64,000 nucleotides of DNA from an uncultured Verrucomicrobiae bacterium (GTDB lineage Bacteria > Verrucomicrobiota > Verrucomicrobiia > Chthoniobacterales > Chthoniobacteraceae). The DNA lies in contig CAWHEP010000009.1 of assembly GCA_963828525.1 (NCBI GenBank), forward strand, positions 256,001 through 320,000. Direction: 5' to 3'. The notes beneath the pieces are model-generated. The model worked only from the letters and a program-made list of their open reading frames with translations, did no database searches and had not been told where the DNA came from. The translations under genes were made by a program, and so were the position numbers. Shown piece by piece: positions 40,692 through 49,341 of this stretch; the first letter of the stretch is position 1, and each line of letters opens with the position of its first letter.

Positions 40692-41064
40692 ATGGCCGCG
40701 AAGCGAATCCTGGTGGTTGATGACGAGAAACACATGCAACGTCTGCTGCAATTCAATCTGGAGAAGACGGGTTGTGTCGTACAAAACAACAGGCAGCGGC
40801 GAGGCTGCTCTCCTGTTGATAGAGGAAAGCCCATTTGATCTGGTTCTTATCGATCTTGTGATGACTGGCATGGATGGATTCGCCACTGTGCAGGAACTCC
40901 GAAAAACGAAGTTGGGTGAGAGCATCCCCGTAATCATGCTGACGTCGCGAGGACAGGTGGATATCCGCGAACGGGCAAGTGGTCTGGGGGTATCGACATT
41001 CCTGACGAAACCCTTCAGCCCGATCGAGCTGGTAGCAGAAGCGAAAAAACTGCTGGGGTTGTGA
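40692..41064 (+). CDS. Single-domain response regulator (apparent frameshift ~40783)
   Basis: MAAKRILVVDDEKHMQRLLQFNL in one frame, then DLVLIDLVMTGMDG, MLTSRG, KPFSP. Confidence 0.85.
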
Positions 41065-42218
41065 AAACGAAGTCCATCGACCTCTTTGTTTTCGCGGACG
41101 CGCTTGGATGGTCGCTTGCGCAAAGCCGGGGATTTATGGAGGACATGTTCCCGCACAGATCACGATGCGACACACTCTTTGGGTACTCCTGCACGTGCGA
41201 CCCGAGCATCCTTACAGGGTGCCTGCCGCAGGAGCATGGTCACTTTTCGTTCTTCACAAAAGCCGGATCTAAAGGGAGCCCTTTCAAGTGGGCAAAACAT
41301 CTTGGCTGGCTTCCAGAAGCCGTTGCCGGGCATCACCGGATCCGGAACCGGATCAGCCGATGGACGGCCGCAAGGAACGGCTATACCGGGTATTTTCAGC
41401 TCTATAGCGTTCCGTTTTCCAAGCTGCCCTGGCTGGACTACACCGAGAAACTGGACATCTATGAGCCAGGGGGGATCCTTGGCGGGCAACCTTCTATCTT
41501 TGAATACTGGAAGGAGTCAGGCCTGCCTTGGGCCCGCTCCGACTGGCGGTCTGACGATCTCACGAACGTTGAGCGCCTCAAGGAGACGTTGCGCGCTGGC
41601 CAAGTCAGGCTGGCATATCTTTTCACCTCCGGCCTGGACGCGACAATGCACGCGCGCACTACACAAGGGCCAGCGGTGGACGCCGCGTTCGAGAGGTTTG
41701 CGCAATGGCTTCGGGAAATCCGCGAGATTGCGGAGAGTTGCTACGACCACGCGCGTATCCATCTCTTCAGCGACCACGGGATGACAAACACGCGCAAGAC
41801 CAGCAGGATGATGCTCGATTTCGAGAGCCTCGGGCTGCGGTTTGGCCGAGACTACATTGCTGTGTGGGATTCAACGATGGCGCGATTCTGGTTTATGGGC
41901 AGTGGACGCAAGAAGGCCGAAGATTGGCTCCAGACGCGGTCGGAAGGCCACATCGTGTCGGAAGCGGAGCTTCGCAAATGGGGCTGTTACTTTGCGGACG
42001 GAAGATACGGAGAGGTGATTTTCCTGCTTAACAATGGCATTATTTTCGCGCCCTCCTTTATGAATCAGCGGAACGTACCAGCGATGCACGGCTTCGCGCC
42101 GGAAGAGCCCGACAGCGCGGCCTGCTGGCTTACCACAGACCCTTGCGAGAATCCGCCAACCCGGTTGGACGGCATCTTCAACGTCATGCGGAGCGCGGCT
42201 GTGGCAGCGGCGTCTTAG
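41061..42218 (+). CDS. Alkaline phosphatase superfamily protein (nucleotide pyrophosphatase/phosphodiesterase-like)
   Basis: FADALG, GYSCTCDPSILTG, LDATMH, FSDHGM, MHGF; no signal peptide. Confidence 0.8.
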   Translation: MKTKSIDLFVFADALGWSLAQSRGFMEDMFPHRSRCDTLFGYSCTCDPSILTGCLPQEHGHFSFFTKAGSKGSPFKWAKHLGWLPEAVAGHHRIRNRISRWTAARNGYTGYFQLYSVPFSKLPWLDYTEKLDIYEPGGILGGQPSIFEYWKESGLPWARSDWRSDDLTNVERLKETLRAGQVRLAYLFTSGLDATMHARTTQGPAVDAAFERFAQWLREIREIAESCYDHARIHLFSDHGMTNTRKTSRMMLDFESLGLRFGRDYIAVWDSTMARFWFMGSGRKKAEDWLQTRSEGHIVSEAELRKWGCYFADGRYGEVIFLLNNGIIFAPSFMNQRNVPAMHGFAPEEPDSAACWLTTDPCENPPTRLDGIFNVMRSAAVAAAS

Positions 42219-42249
42219 GAGATCAGATGATAGTTGCCATCCTAACTTT

Positions 42250-42906
42250 ATGATTCCGCCCTTGAACGAGAGTGTGGCAGGGATCCGAACGGACTATGTG
42301 CGAGGTTCATTGAATTCGGAGGAGCTTTTGGAAGACGCCATGCAGCAGTTCGAGGCATGGCTGGCAACGGCTCTCCAGTCCGCAGTCGTTGAGCCAACTG
42401 CCATGAGCCTTGCAACGGCAAGCGAATCCGGAGCACCTCTGCTTCGTACCGTTCTATTAAAAGGTTACGACGCCCGTGGCTTTGTATTTTTCACCAATCT
42501 TCAGAGCCGGAAAGCCATCCACCTTAGGGAAAACGAGAGAGTATCCCTCCTCTTCCCCTGGCTTGCTCTTGAGAGGCAGATAATCGTCACAGGCTCGGCG
42601 TCACTCACCGCGCGGACGGAAGTCGATGAATATTTCGCTACCCGGCCTCGCGAAAGCCAGCTTGCCGCCTGGGCTTCGCATCAAAGCCAGCCAATCGCAA
42701 CTCGCGACTTGCTTGCTTCGGAGTTGGAAAGGATTCGCGTCCGATTCGCCGAAGGCAAGATCCCCGCCCCGCCGTTCTGGGGCGGCTACAGGGTTGAGCC
42801 TACTACCATCGAATTTTGGCAAGGCGGCCCAAGCCGACTACATGATCGATTCGAGTATTCCCGTGTAGAGGACGGCTCCTGGCGGAAGCAAAGACTCTCG
42901 CCGTAG
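42250..42906 (+). CDS. pdxH: Pyridoxamine 5'-phosphate oxidase
   Basis: RTVLLK, FFTN..SRK, RPRESQ, WGGY, EFWQG..SRLHDR, RLSP. Confidence 0.95.
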   Translation: MIPPLNESVAGIRTDYVRGSLNSEELLEDAMQQFEAWLATALQSAVVEPTAMSLATASESGAPLLRTVLLKGYDARGFVFFTNLQSRKAIHLRENERVSLLFPWLALERQIIVTGSASLTARTEVDEYFATRPRESQLAAWASHQSQPIATRDLLASELERIRVRFAEGKIPAPPFWGGYRVEPTTIEFWQGGPSRLHDRFEYSRVEDGSWRKQRLSP

Positions 42907-42948
42907 CTCCGCCGCCATTCAGCTCTGCAAGCCCCTCCCAGAAGAGAT

Positions 42949-43362
42949 TTAGTAGGGAGTGAACTCGCGATTGTACTGATACCGGGTCTCCAGTCCCAGA
43001 TCGGGAGGAAACTCTTCATACCCACTATGAATCCAAGGAATGTCGCTCTTGTAGAATGGGCGATATGACCCTTTATAGGTTGGGAACGGCGCGGTCACCA
43101 TTTCATAGATGCCCGCGCCAAACCGAAACACGAATCTGTTTATGCCTTTGAAGATTCCATAGCTGGCCGCAGCAGTGCCACCGACTCGATCATCGATCTT
43201 GCAAACCGTGTCCGGGATTTCGGTTGCTCCAAAAGCCGCGTTTGCAAAGCCCCGGGCAAACTTGCGATTGAAACCGTAATCGTTCATAGGCGGATCCTGA
43301 ATATCCGCAAAAGCAATGCTGGTCGCTGCGAGAAGGAGGAGGGAGCATACGAGTCGTTTCAT
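42949..43362 (-). CDS. Exosortase system-associated protein (TIGR04073-like)
   Basis: Signal peptide; RKFARGFANAAFG..EIP, R.GAGIYEMVTAPFP. Confidence 0.7.
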   Translation of the reverse strand: MKRLVCSLLLLAATSIAFADIQDPPMNDYGFNRKFARGFANAAFGATEIPDTVCKIDDRVGGTAAASYGIFKGINRFVFRFGAGIYEMVTAPFPTYKGSYRPFYKSDIPWIHSGYEEFPPDLGLETRYQYNREFTPY

Positions 43363-43612
43363 ACGTTTCAGTAGAGTAGATGGAGATCGACGCAGAAAGC
43401 AAACACGAAATTGGGCAATTCTGTCGCCCGGCGCGACGACGGCGAACCGGCAGCCAGCGAGACAACTCTTGCAGCCAGCGCTCAGGCTCCGTAAGCATTC
43501 CGCGCTCCGGAATTTTCCATCCGCGAGCGCCGAATCCCTGATGCCCAGCCATTCCACCCCGACCCCGAGGCCGCCTGCCGTTTCAGGGTCCGCAGAGGAG
43601 CTGCCCGCCAGC

Positions 43613-44045
43613 ATGCCGCGGATTCGAACGCTCGACGGCCTGAGAGGGGTAGCCATCCTGTTGGTCCTTCTCGGGCACACCAAAGCGGGATACGGCTCTT
43701 CAACACTTTCTTTGGGATTCGAGTTTCTATTTAATGCCCACCTCGGCGTGATGCTGTTTTTTGTGCTGAGCGGCTATCTCATCACAGGGTACTTTTAAGC
43801 GAATACGCGAAGACCGGTTCGATCGATCTCAAGAACTTCTACATTCGAAGATCTTTTCCGGATTTTTCCGGTCTTCTATGCCTACCTTGCGGCGATCGGC
43901 GGCGCGGCACTGCTCGGTTATGGAAGCATTTCGCCCGGCAAACTCGGCTTTGCCGCTCTTTATCTGTGGAACTACGCTTTAGTTTGGCTGCCGCCCGCAA
44001 GCGGGGACTGGGCTGTGAGGCATTTCTGGACCCTTGCCTAAGAAC
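43613..44045 (+). pseudogene. Acyltransferase-3 (OafA-like) 5' fragment, frameshifted and truncated
   Basis: LDGLRGVAILLV, GVMLFFVLSGYLIT, FYIRR..RIFP, HFWTLA, after which similarity stops. Start approximate. Confidence 0.75.
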
Positions 44046-44311
44046 GAATCGAGGGCCTGGCAAGGCCGCCGGCGCGCCGGCTGCGTAACAGCTTCGCAGG
44101 TGACGGCGACCAGCCCAAGGCTCCCACTGATGCGGCTGTCCCGCGAATCAACACGTGTGTGTGCTCGGGCCGCCCGGCGGCCCGAAGACTCCGCTTCGAC
44201 CCCGAGGGCCGCGCCGCGCTTTATCCTCGCACTGCGGGCCGGAAGGTGCTCGATATGAAGCCTCACTCAGCTTTCGCTCAGTCCTGAACTCGTAAAATTC
44301 CCCATACCTCT

Positions 44312-45251
44312 ATGGCGCTCTCCCAAACTCGTCGTGAATTCACCAAGCTCGCCCTTGCGGCGCTGCCCGGAGCGGCCTTGCTCTCTGCGGCCGGCCGCCT
44401 CGGCGCGGCAGATCCTGCTCCGGCCAAGCCCAATTCGAAGGTGGCCGGCGTCCAGATCGGCCTCAACGTGCCCTACAGCTTCGCCAACCCGATCATGGGC
44501 GGCGATGACATCCTGAAGAACTGCCTCCAACTCGGCCTGAGCGGCATCGAGCTGCGGTCGCAGCCAGTCGAAGCCTTCCTCGGCATCCCCGAGGTCGACG
44601 CCACGAAGAGCAAGGCCGAGAACGCCCAGCAGCTTCGCGAGTGGAGGAAATCGGTCTCTATGGACCGCGTGAAGCCTTTCCGCGCGAAGTACGAAAACGC
44701 CGGCGTGCTCATCGAGATCGTCAAGGTGGACGGCATCATCATCATGCCCGACGACGAGATCGACTACGCCTTCGCGCTGGCCAAGGCGCTCGGCGCCGCG
44801 CGCCATCTCCACGGAGATCTCCCACAAGGAAGCGGACCTGGAGCGGCTCGGCTCCTTCGCGGACAAGCATCAGTTCATGGTCGGCTATCACGGCCACGCC
44901 ACGACCACGCCAGCGCATTGGGAAGCGGGCTTCGCCGTCGCGAAATTCAATGGAGCGAATGTCGATCTCGGCCATTTTGTCGCGGGCAACAACACCTCGC
45001 CCGTCCCCTTCCTCAAGCAGCACCACGAGCGTGTGACCCACGTGCATATCAAGGATCGGAAGTTCAACAACGGGCCGGACACGCCTTTTGGTCAGGGTGA
45101 CACGCCGATTGCGGAAGTGCTGCGCCTGATCCGCGACAACAAGTGGCCCATGCAGGCGACGATCGAGTTCGAGTACACAGTGCCGGCCGGGTCGGATCGC
45201 ATGACTGAGCTGGCAAAGTGCGTCAAGTTCTGCCGCGACGCGCTGGCGTAG
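44312..45251 (+). CDS. Tat-exported sugar phosphate isomerase/epimerase (xylose-isomerase-like TIM barrel); apparent frameshift ~44797
   Basis: TRREF Tat motif, YSF, YHGH, DLGHF, HIKDR, FGQGDTP, IEFEY. Confidence 0.75.
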
Positions 45252-45289
45252 GGCTTCGGGCGTTCGGATTGACGGGGCGCTATGCGGCG

Positions 45290-45500
45290 GCGCTGCAGAT
45301 GCTCCAGATCATGCCCACGAGCGGAGTGACTCCCGAGACGGCGGGCGATTTCATCCGCGCGGGCTGCGTGGGACTGGGAGCCGGCTCGACGCTCATCTCC
45401 ACGGAAGCGCTGGAACAGCCGAGATTTCGCCGCCATCACCGCGCGCGCCCGGGAATTCGTCGCCGCAGTGCGCGAAGCCAAGGCGGGCTTGCCGCGCTGA
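45290..45500 (+). pseudogene. C-terminal fragment of KDPG/KHG aldolase (Eda-like)
   Basis: IMPTSGVTPETAGDFIRAGCVGLGAGSTL...DFAAITARAREFVAAV; the N-terminal two-thirds are absent. Confidence 0.65.
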
Positions 45501-45609
45501 CTGGGACGCCAATTTCGGCGCGACAAACGCTCGCCGCTGTTATTTTATGCAGAAGCGTTCGTCAATGCGTTTGGTGGACGAGCCCGGCGGCATGTCGGCC
45601 TTTCGCCGG

Positions 45610-46731
45610 TTAACGCCCTCCGCCGGCTCGGAGGCCCTCCAGAGCGTGAGAATACCCCGTCAACTCCATATATCCATGCCCGGCGACAGGTCTACCCCCG
45701 CGCGCGCCCTGCACATCGATGACTCCCTCCCAGTATGCGATGGAATCGAAGGCGAGTTCCTGATTCTCCACCGGGGTCACAATCGACAGTGATATACCCA
45801 GGCGGGGTATGTCCAACTTCCACCCAATAGGATAAAGCCCCCCGGTAACGCGGCTCTTCCAGGATGCCGTTGGGCTAAGGTGGTAATCTTCACGGGACAG
45901 CGCGATGGGCTGGCCGTCCACGAGGACAAAAGTTCCACTTGAATTTGGATCCACGCCACCCCCTTTGGTTCGCATCTGGTAAAGCATCAACTCGGTCTGG
46001 TCGTTCAATTGGACGCTGAACCAGTTCCAGCCAACTTGCTCCGCGGTAAGCTCATTCGTTGACCACTCGTGATCAAACCAGCTTTCTCCTGTGACGGAGC
46101 GCGATCCGTCCGGGTATGCGAGGCGGCCTCTGGTCTTCATCCGCGTGCTCGAATAGTAGTGAGAGGCATGCCCCACCCCGTTTGCCTTCTGACTGACGCC
46201 GTTGGCGCCGTGAATGACAAACGGTTTTTGCGCCTCCAGTCGAAGGTCAATCGAAACTCCATTTCCTGCGGCCTTCAGCAAAAACGACCCATCGTTCTCC
46301 GCGGACAACGTCCAGTTGTCAATCCACGCCAACTTTCCAGAATCCCCAAATCCCGCCTCTCCGTAAGCCCCGCGGCTTGTTTTTTGCATGAACGTGAAAT
46401 TTTGGGAGGTCACACGAGTGACGGCGAAATGCGCAAACTTTACATCGTCCACAATGAACCTGGAGGCGTCAGCCGCTTTCGGGCCAGACGGTCGGATCGC
46501 TTCACGAAAAAACGTAATTTGATAGCCAAATGTCTCGCCTGAATCGGCGCGGAGTTCGCCTGTGAAATACCACCACTCGGTCTTGAACGCGCGATGAACA
46601 CCGTGATCGGCTGGAAAGTGGTAGTTCCAACCGGGCAGCGCGCTTTGCCATCCCGCGCCAGCAAGCGCGAGACAGGACAGAGCGGAGAACAAGACAGCCG
46701 CCCATCGCCGCTTGACGGCCCCATCTTTCAA
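45610..46731 (-). CDS. AttH/CrtC-like lipocalin-fold protein
   Basis: FPADHG.H...TEWWYFTG, SHYYS, WFDHEWS, GWNWF, YWEG, GYMELTGY. Start uncertain. Confidence 0.85.
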   Translation of the reverse strand: MKDGAVKRRWAAVLFSALSCLALAGAGWQSALPGWNYHFPADHGVHRAFKTEWWYFTGELRADSGETFGYQITFFREAIRPSGPKAADASRFIVDDVKFAHFAVTRVTSQNFTFMQKTSRGAYGEAGFGDSGKLAWIDNWTLSAENDGSFLLKAAGNGVSIDLRLEAQKPFVIHGANGVSQKANGVGHASHYYSSTRMKTRGRLAYPDGSRSVTGESWFDHEWSTNELTAEQVGWNWFSVQLNDQTELMLYQMRTKGGGVDPNSSGTFVLVDGQPIALSREDYHLSPTASWKSRVTGGLYPIGWKLDIPRLGISLSIVTPVENQELAFDSIAYWEGVIDVQGARGGRPVAGHGYMELTGYSHALEGLRAGGGR

Positions 46732-46738
46732 CGCGGCC

Positions 46739-49288
46739 TTACTCAGAACGAATCGCCGCCGCGATATCAAAGTCCCCCGCGCGGCGCGCAGGAATATAAG
46801 CCGCCGCAATCGCGGCCGGAATGATCCATAAAGGCGTGCATGACAGGAGAACCCAAGGGAATCGCAATTCTATTGTCCAGCCAAAGAAGGCCTTGTTCAC
46901 CACCCAGGTCAGGACCATGGAAAGCGCAATGCCGGCGATCACGCCGAGCAGGCTCGACACAACACCAACGAGTCCGGCTTCGAAGAGGAGCATCCCACGC
47001 ACCTGGCCGGTGGAGGCTCCCACGGCCCGCAATATCCCGAGCTCACTCTGCCGTTCGGTGATCAAAGTAATCAACGAAAGAAAGATGCCAAGGACGGCGA
47101 CAATGACCGTGATGATCCGGAGCACGTACGTGACGGCGAAGGTTTGATCAAAAACTTCAAATACCCGCTGTTTCAAAGCGCGATTCGAGAATATGGCGAA
47201 CTCGCCGCGGGATCCAAATCGCTTGCGGAACGACTCGGTGACACGGTCGCAGCTCATCGGATCTTTGAGGTAGATTCCAAGCGATTCCACCCGTGGGTCA
47301 TCCCAGTAGCGATCAAAGACCGCGCGATCCATCATGATCAATCCCTGATCGCGCGTGTAGTCGTAGTAAATGCCGGCAATCGCAAAGCGGCGCGCTCCCC
47401 TTTGCGTTGAAAGCGAGATCATATCCCCTTCCCTCTTACTCCACTTGCGAGCAAAGCTCTCGGTTACGATTACGTTGTCGCCGGCGAGGAAGCGCGTGAG
47501 CTTTTCCTGGTCTCCGCCACCAACAAAGCGCGGTTTGCGCCGCGCCACTCCCTGCACAACTCCCACTGTGACGGAATTGCCATCCATCGACACTTCGAAC
47601 TCCCTGAACGTATCGACGCTGGATACAGCAGGGTCGCTTCGGAGAAAAGTGACGGCATCATTGGGGATGAATGCAGCCAGTCCAATCACGGCGTTGGATG
47701 CCGGGGCGATGAACAAGTCCGCCACGAAGCCATGGTTTATCCAGACACTCACCGTGTCCCGGAAGGAAAAGATCATGATGGAAACGCCTGCCATGAGGGC
47801 AATAGCGGAGGCGAGAGCAGCAACAGTGGCGCTGTTTCGGTGAACCGAGCGTCTAAAATTGCCGGAGGCAATCTTGAACAACAGCCAACCAGCGGGCAGA
47901 TGCCGCCCCGTGTCCCCGCAAAACTCGATGAGGATCGGCGCGAAGCATGTGAAGCCAAAGAGAACGAGGAACGCCGCGACGAACCCAAGAAGTGGCGGGC
48001 CAGCGCGCAGGGCTCGCCAGGACACGACCACAGCCAAAATGAGACAGACAATTCCCGCCGCTACCCAATGGCGCGCCGTCCCGGACTTGTCCTCCCTCCG
48101 CGAGCCGAGTCTCATTGCCCGCACCGGGTCGGTCCTGGCGGCCTCACTCGCAGGCAGCCAGGAAGCGGCAATCACCGCCAGCATGCCCAGAGCAGCGCCC
48201 GATAGCAGGCGGGCGGGGCTTACAAAGAAGCGGTCGATGCTCAAGAGCACGTACAGCGAAGAAATGGTGGTAGCGACGGATGCGACAAGGCTGTTCGCGA
48301 GCAGGATGCCTCCCGCAACCCCAACAGCAATGCCGAGCAATCCAAAGAGGGACGCTTCGCCCAAGAAAAGCATGCGCACTTCCATGCGCGAGGCCCCCAT
48401 GGCGCGCAAAATTCCTATCTCCCCCCGCCGTCGTATAACCGACGCCGATACTGTGTTGTAGATGAGGAACATGCCGACCAGCATTGAAACGAGGCTAAGC
48501 GCCGTGAGGTTCAATTCGAACGCTGAGAGCATCTTCTGAATCTGGAAACTGCGCTGACCCGGCGGCCCGAGTGTTGTTCCTGACGGAAGCCCCACCCTCA
48601 GCGTCGCAGCCTCCTTTTCGACATTTTCAGGCTCGCGCAGGAGAATTTGAATGGATGAAAGCTTCCCAACAGTGCCAAATAATTCCTGCGCCCAGCCTAT
48701 ATCCATGGCGGCGAGGTGATCCAGAGCGCCCCCGCCGTCTTCCTTTGAGTCCAGCAGAAACAATATCGTGAGAGTTCTTACGCGGCTGTTTACGAGCACT
48801 TCCAGCTTATTGCCGACGGCGAGGTGATACTTCCGCGCGAAGGAGTTGGAAACAGCGACCCCGCCCGCTGTCGCCAGCCAGCGCTCCAGATCAAATCGAG
48901 AAGCCTGGTCTCCCAGCTCAAACGTCCGGAAAGGCTGGTTCGTAAAAACGTCCAGCCCCTCGATCCTCAAGTATTCGCCCTGGAACGCGGGAATTGTTGC
49001 CAGCCCCTCCACCAGCGGGGTCGCGCTCTTGATACCCGGCATTGCCGCGAGCTTTGGAAATATAGCTTCGGGAATGTCGCCTCTTAGTTCCAGATTCGCT
49101 TTGCCGGCGACCACGTCGACTCCCGCTTGCAATGCGCGGTTTGCGCTATGATTCGCGATTTGAATCGCAAGATAGAGCGCTACGCCCAAGCCCACGCTCA
49201 GGACGTTCAGCAACGCCAGAACCTTGTGACGCGCGATATCCCTCACCACCTGCCGGCCGAAAAGAATGTGGAGCTGTCGTCCTACCAT
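46739..49288 (-). CDS. FtsX/MacB-like ABC transporter permease (AttF/G-like)
   Basis: Two FtsX repeats (RRGEIGILRAMGAS, RQSELGILRAVGAS), FDQTFAVT. Confidence 0.9.
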   Translation of the reverse strand: MVGRQLHILFGRQVVRDIARHKVLALLNVLSVGLGVALYLAIQIANHSANRALQAGVDVVAGKANLELRGDIPEAIFPKLAAMPGIKSATPLVEGLATIPAFQGEYLRIEGLDVFTNQPFRTFELGDQASRFDLERWLATAGGVAVSNSFARKYHLAVGNKLEVLVNSRVRTLTILFLLDSKEDGGGALDHLAAMDIGWAQELFGTVGKLSSIQILLREPENVEKEAATLRVGLPSGTTLGPPGQRSFQIQKMLSAFELNLTALSLVSMLVGMFLIYNTVSASVIRRRGEIGILRAMGASRMEVRMLFLGEASLFGLLGIAVGVAGGILLANSLVASVATTISSLYVLLSIDRFFVSPARLLSGAALGMLAVIAASWLPASEAARTDPVRAMRLGSRREDKSGTARHWVAAGIVCLILAVVVSWRALRAGPPLLGFVAAFLVLFGFTCFAPILIEFCGDTGRHLPAGWLLFKIASGNFRRSVHRNSATVAALASAIALMAGVSIMIFSFRDTVSVWINHGFVADLFIAPASNAVIGLAAFIPNDAVTFLRSDPAVSSVDTFREFEVSMDGNSVTVGVVQGVARRKPRFVGGGDQEKLTRFLAGDNVIVTESFARKWSKREGDMISLSTQRGARRFAIAGIYYDYTRDQGLIMMDRAVFDRYWDDPRVESLGIYLKDPMSCDRVTESFRKRFGSRGEFAIFSNRALKQRVFEVFDQTFAVTYVLRIITVIVAVLGIFLSLITLITERQSELGILRAVGASTGQVRGMLLFEAGLVGVVSSLLGVIAGIALSMVLTWVVNKAFFGWTIELRFPWVLLSCTPLWIIPAAIAAAYIPARRAGDFDIAAAIRSE

Positions 49289-49341
49289 GGGATCCTCATG
49301 GCATTACGGCGCGTTCAGCCTCTCCGACGCTTCGTTGCGCG

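Noticed and set aside
20241..41064. Programmed frameshifting or phase variation at the frame breaks
   Set aside because: Most breaks are not in long homopolymers, simple repeats or slippery heptamers; sequencing error is more parsimonious.
44040..45530. Mobile element or IS insertion
   Set aside because: No transposase, integrase, terminal inverted repeats or target duplication was seen.
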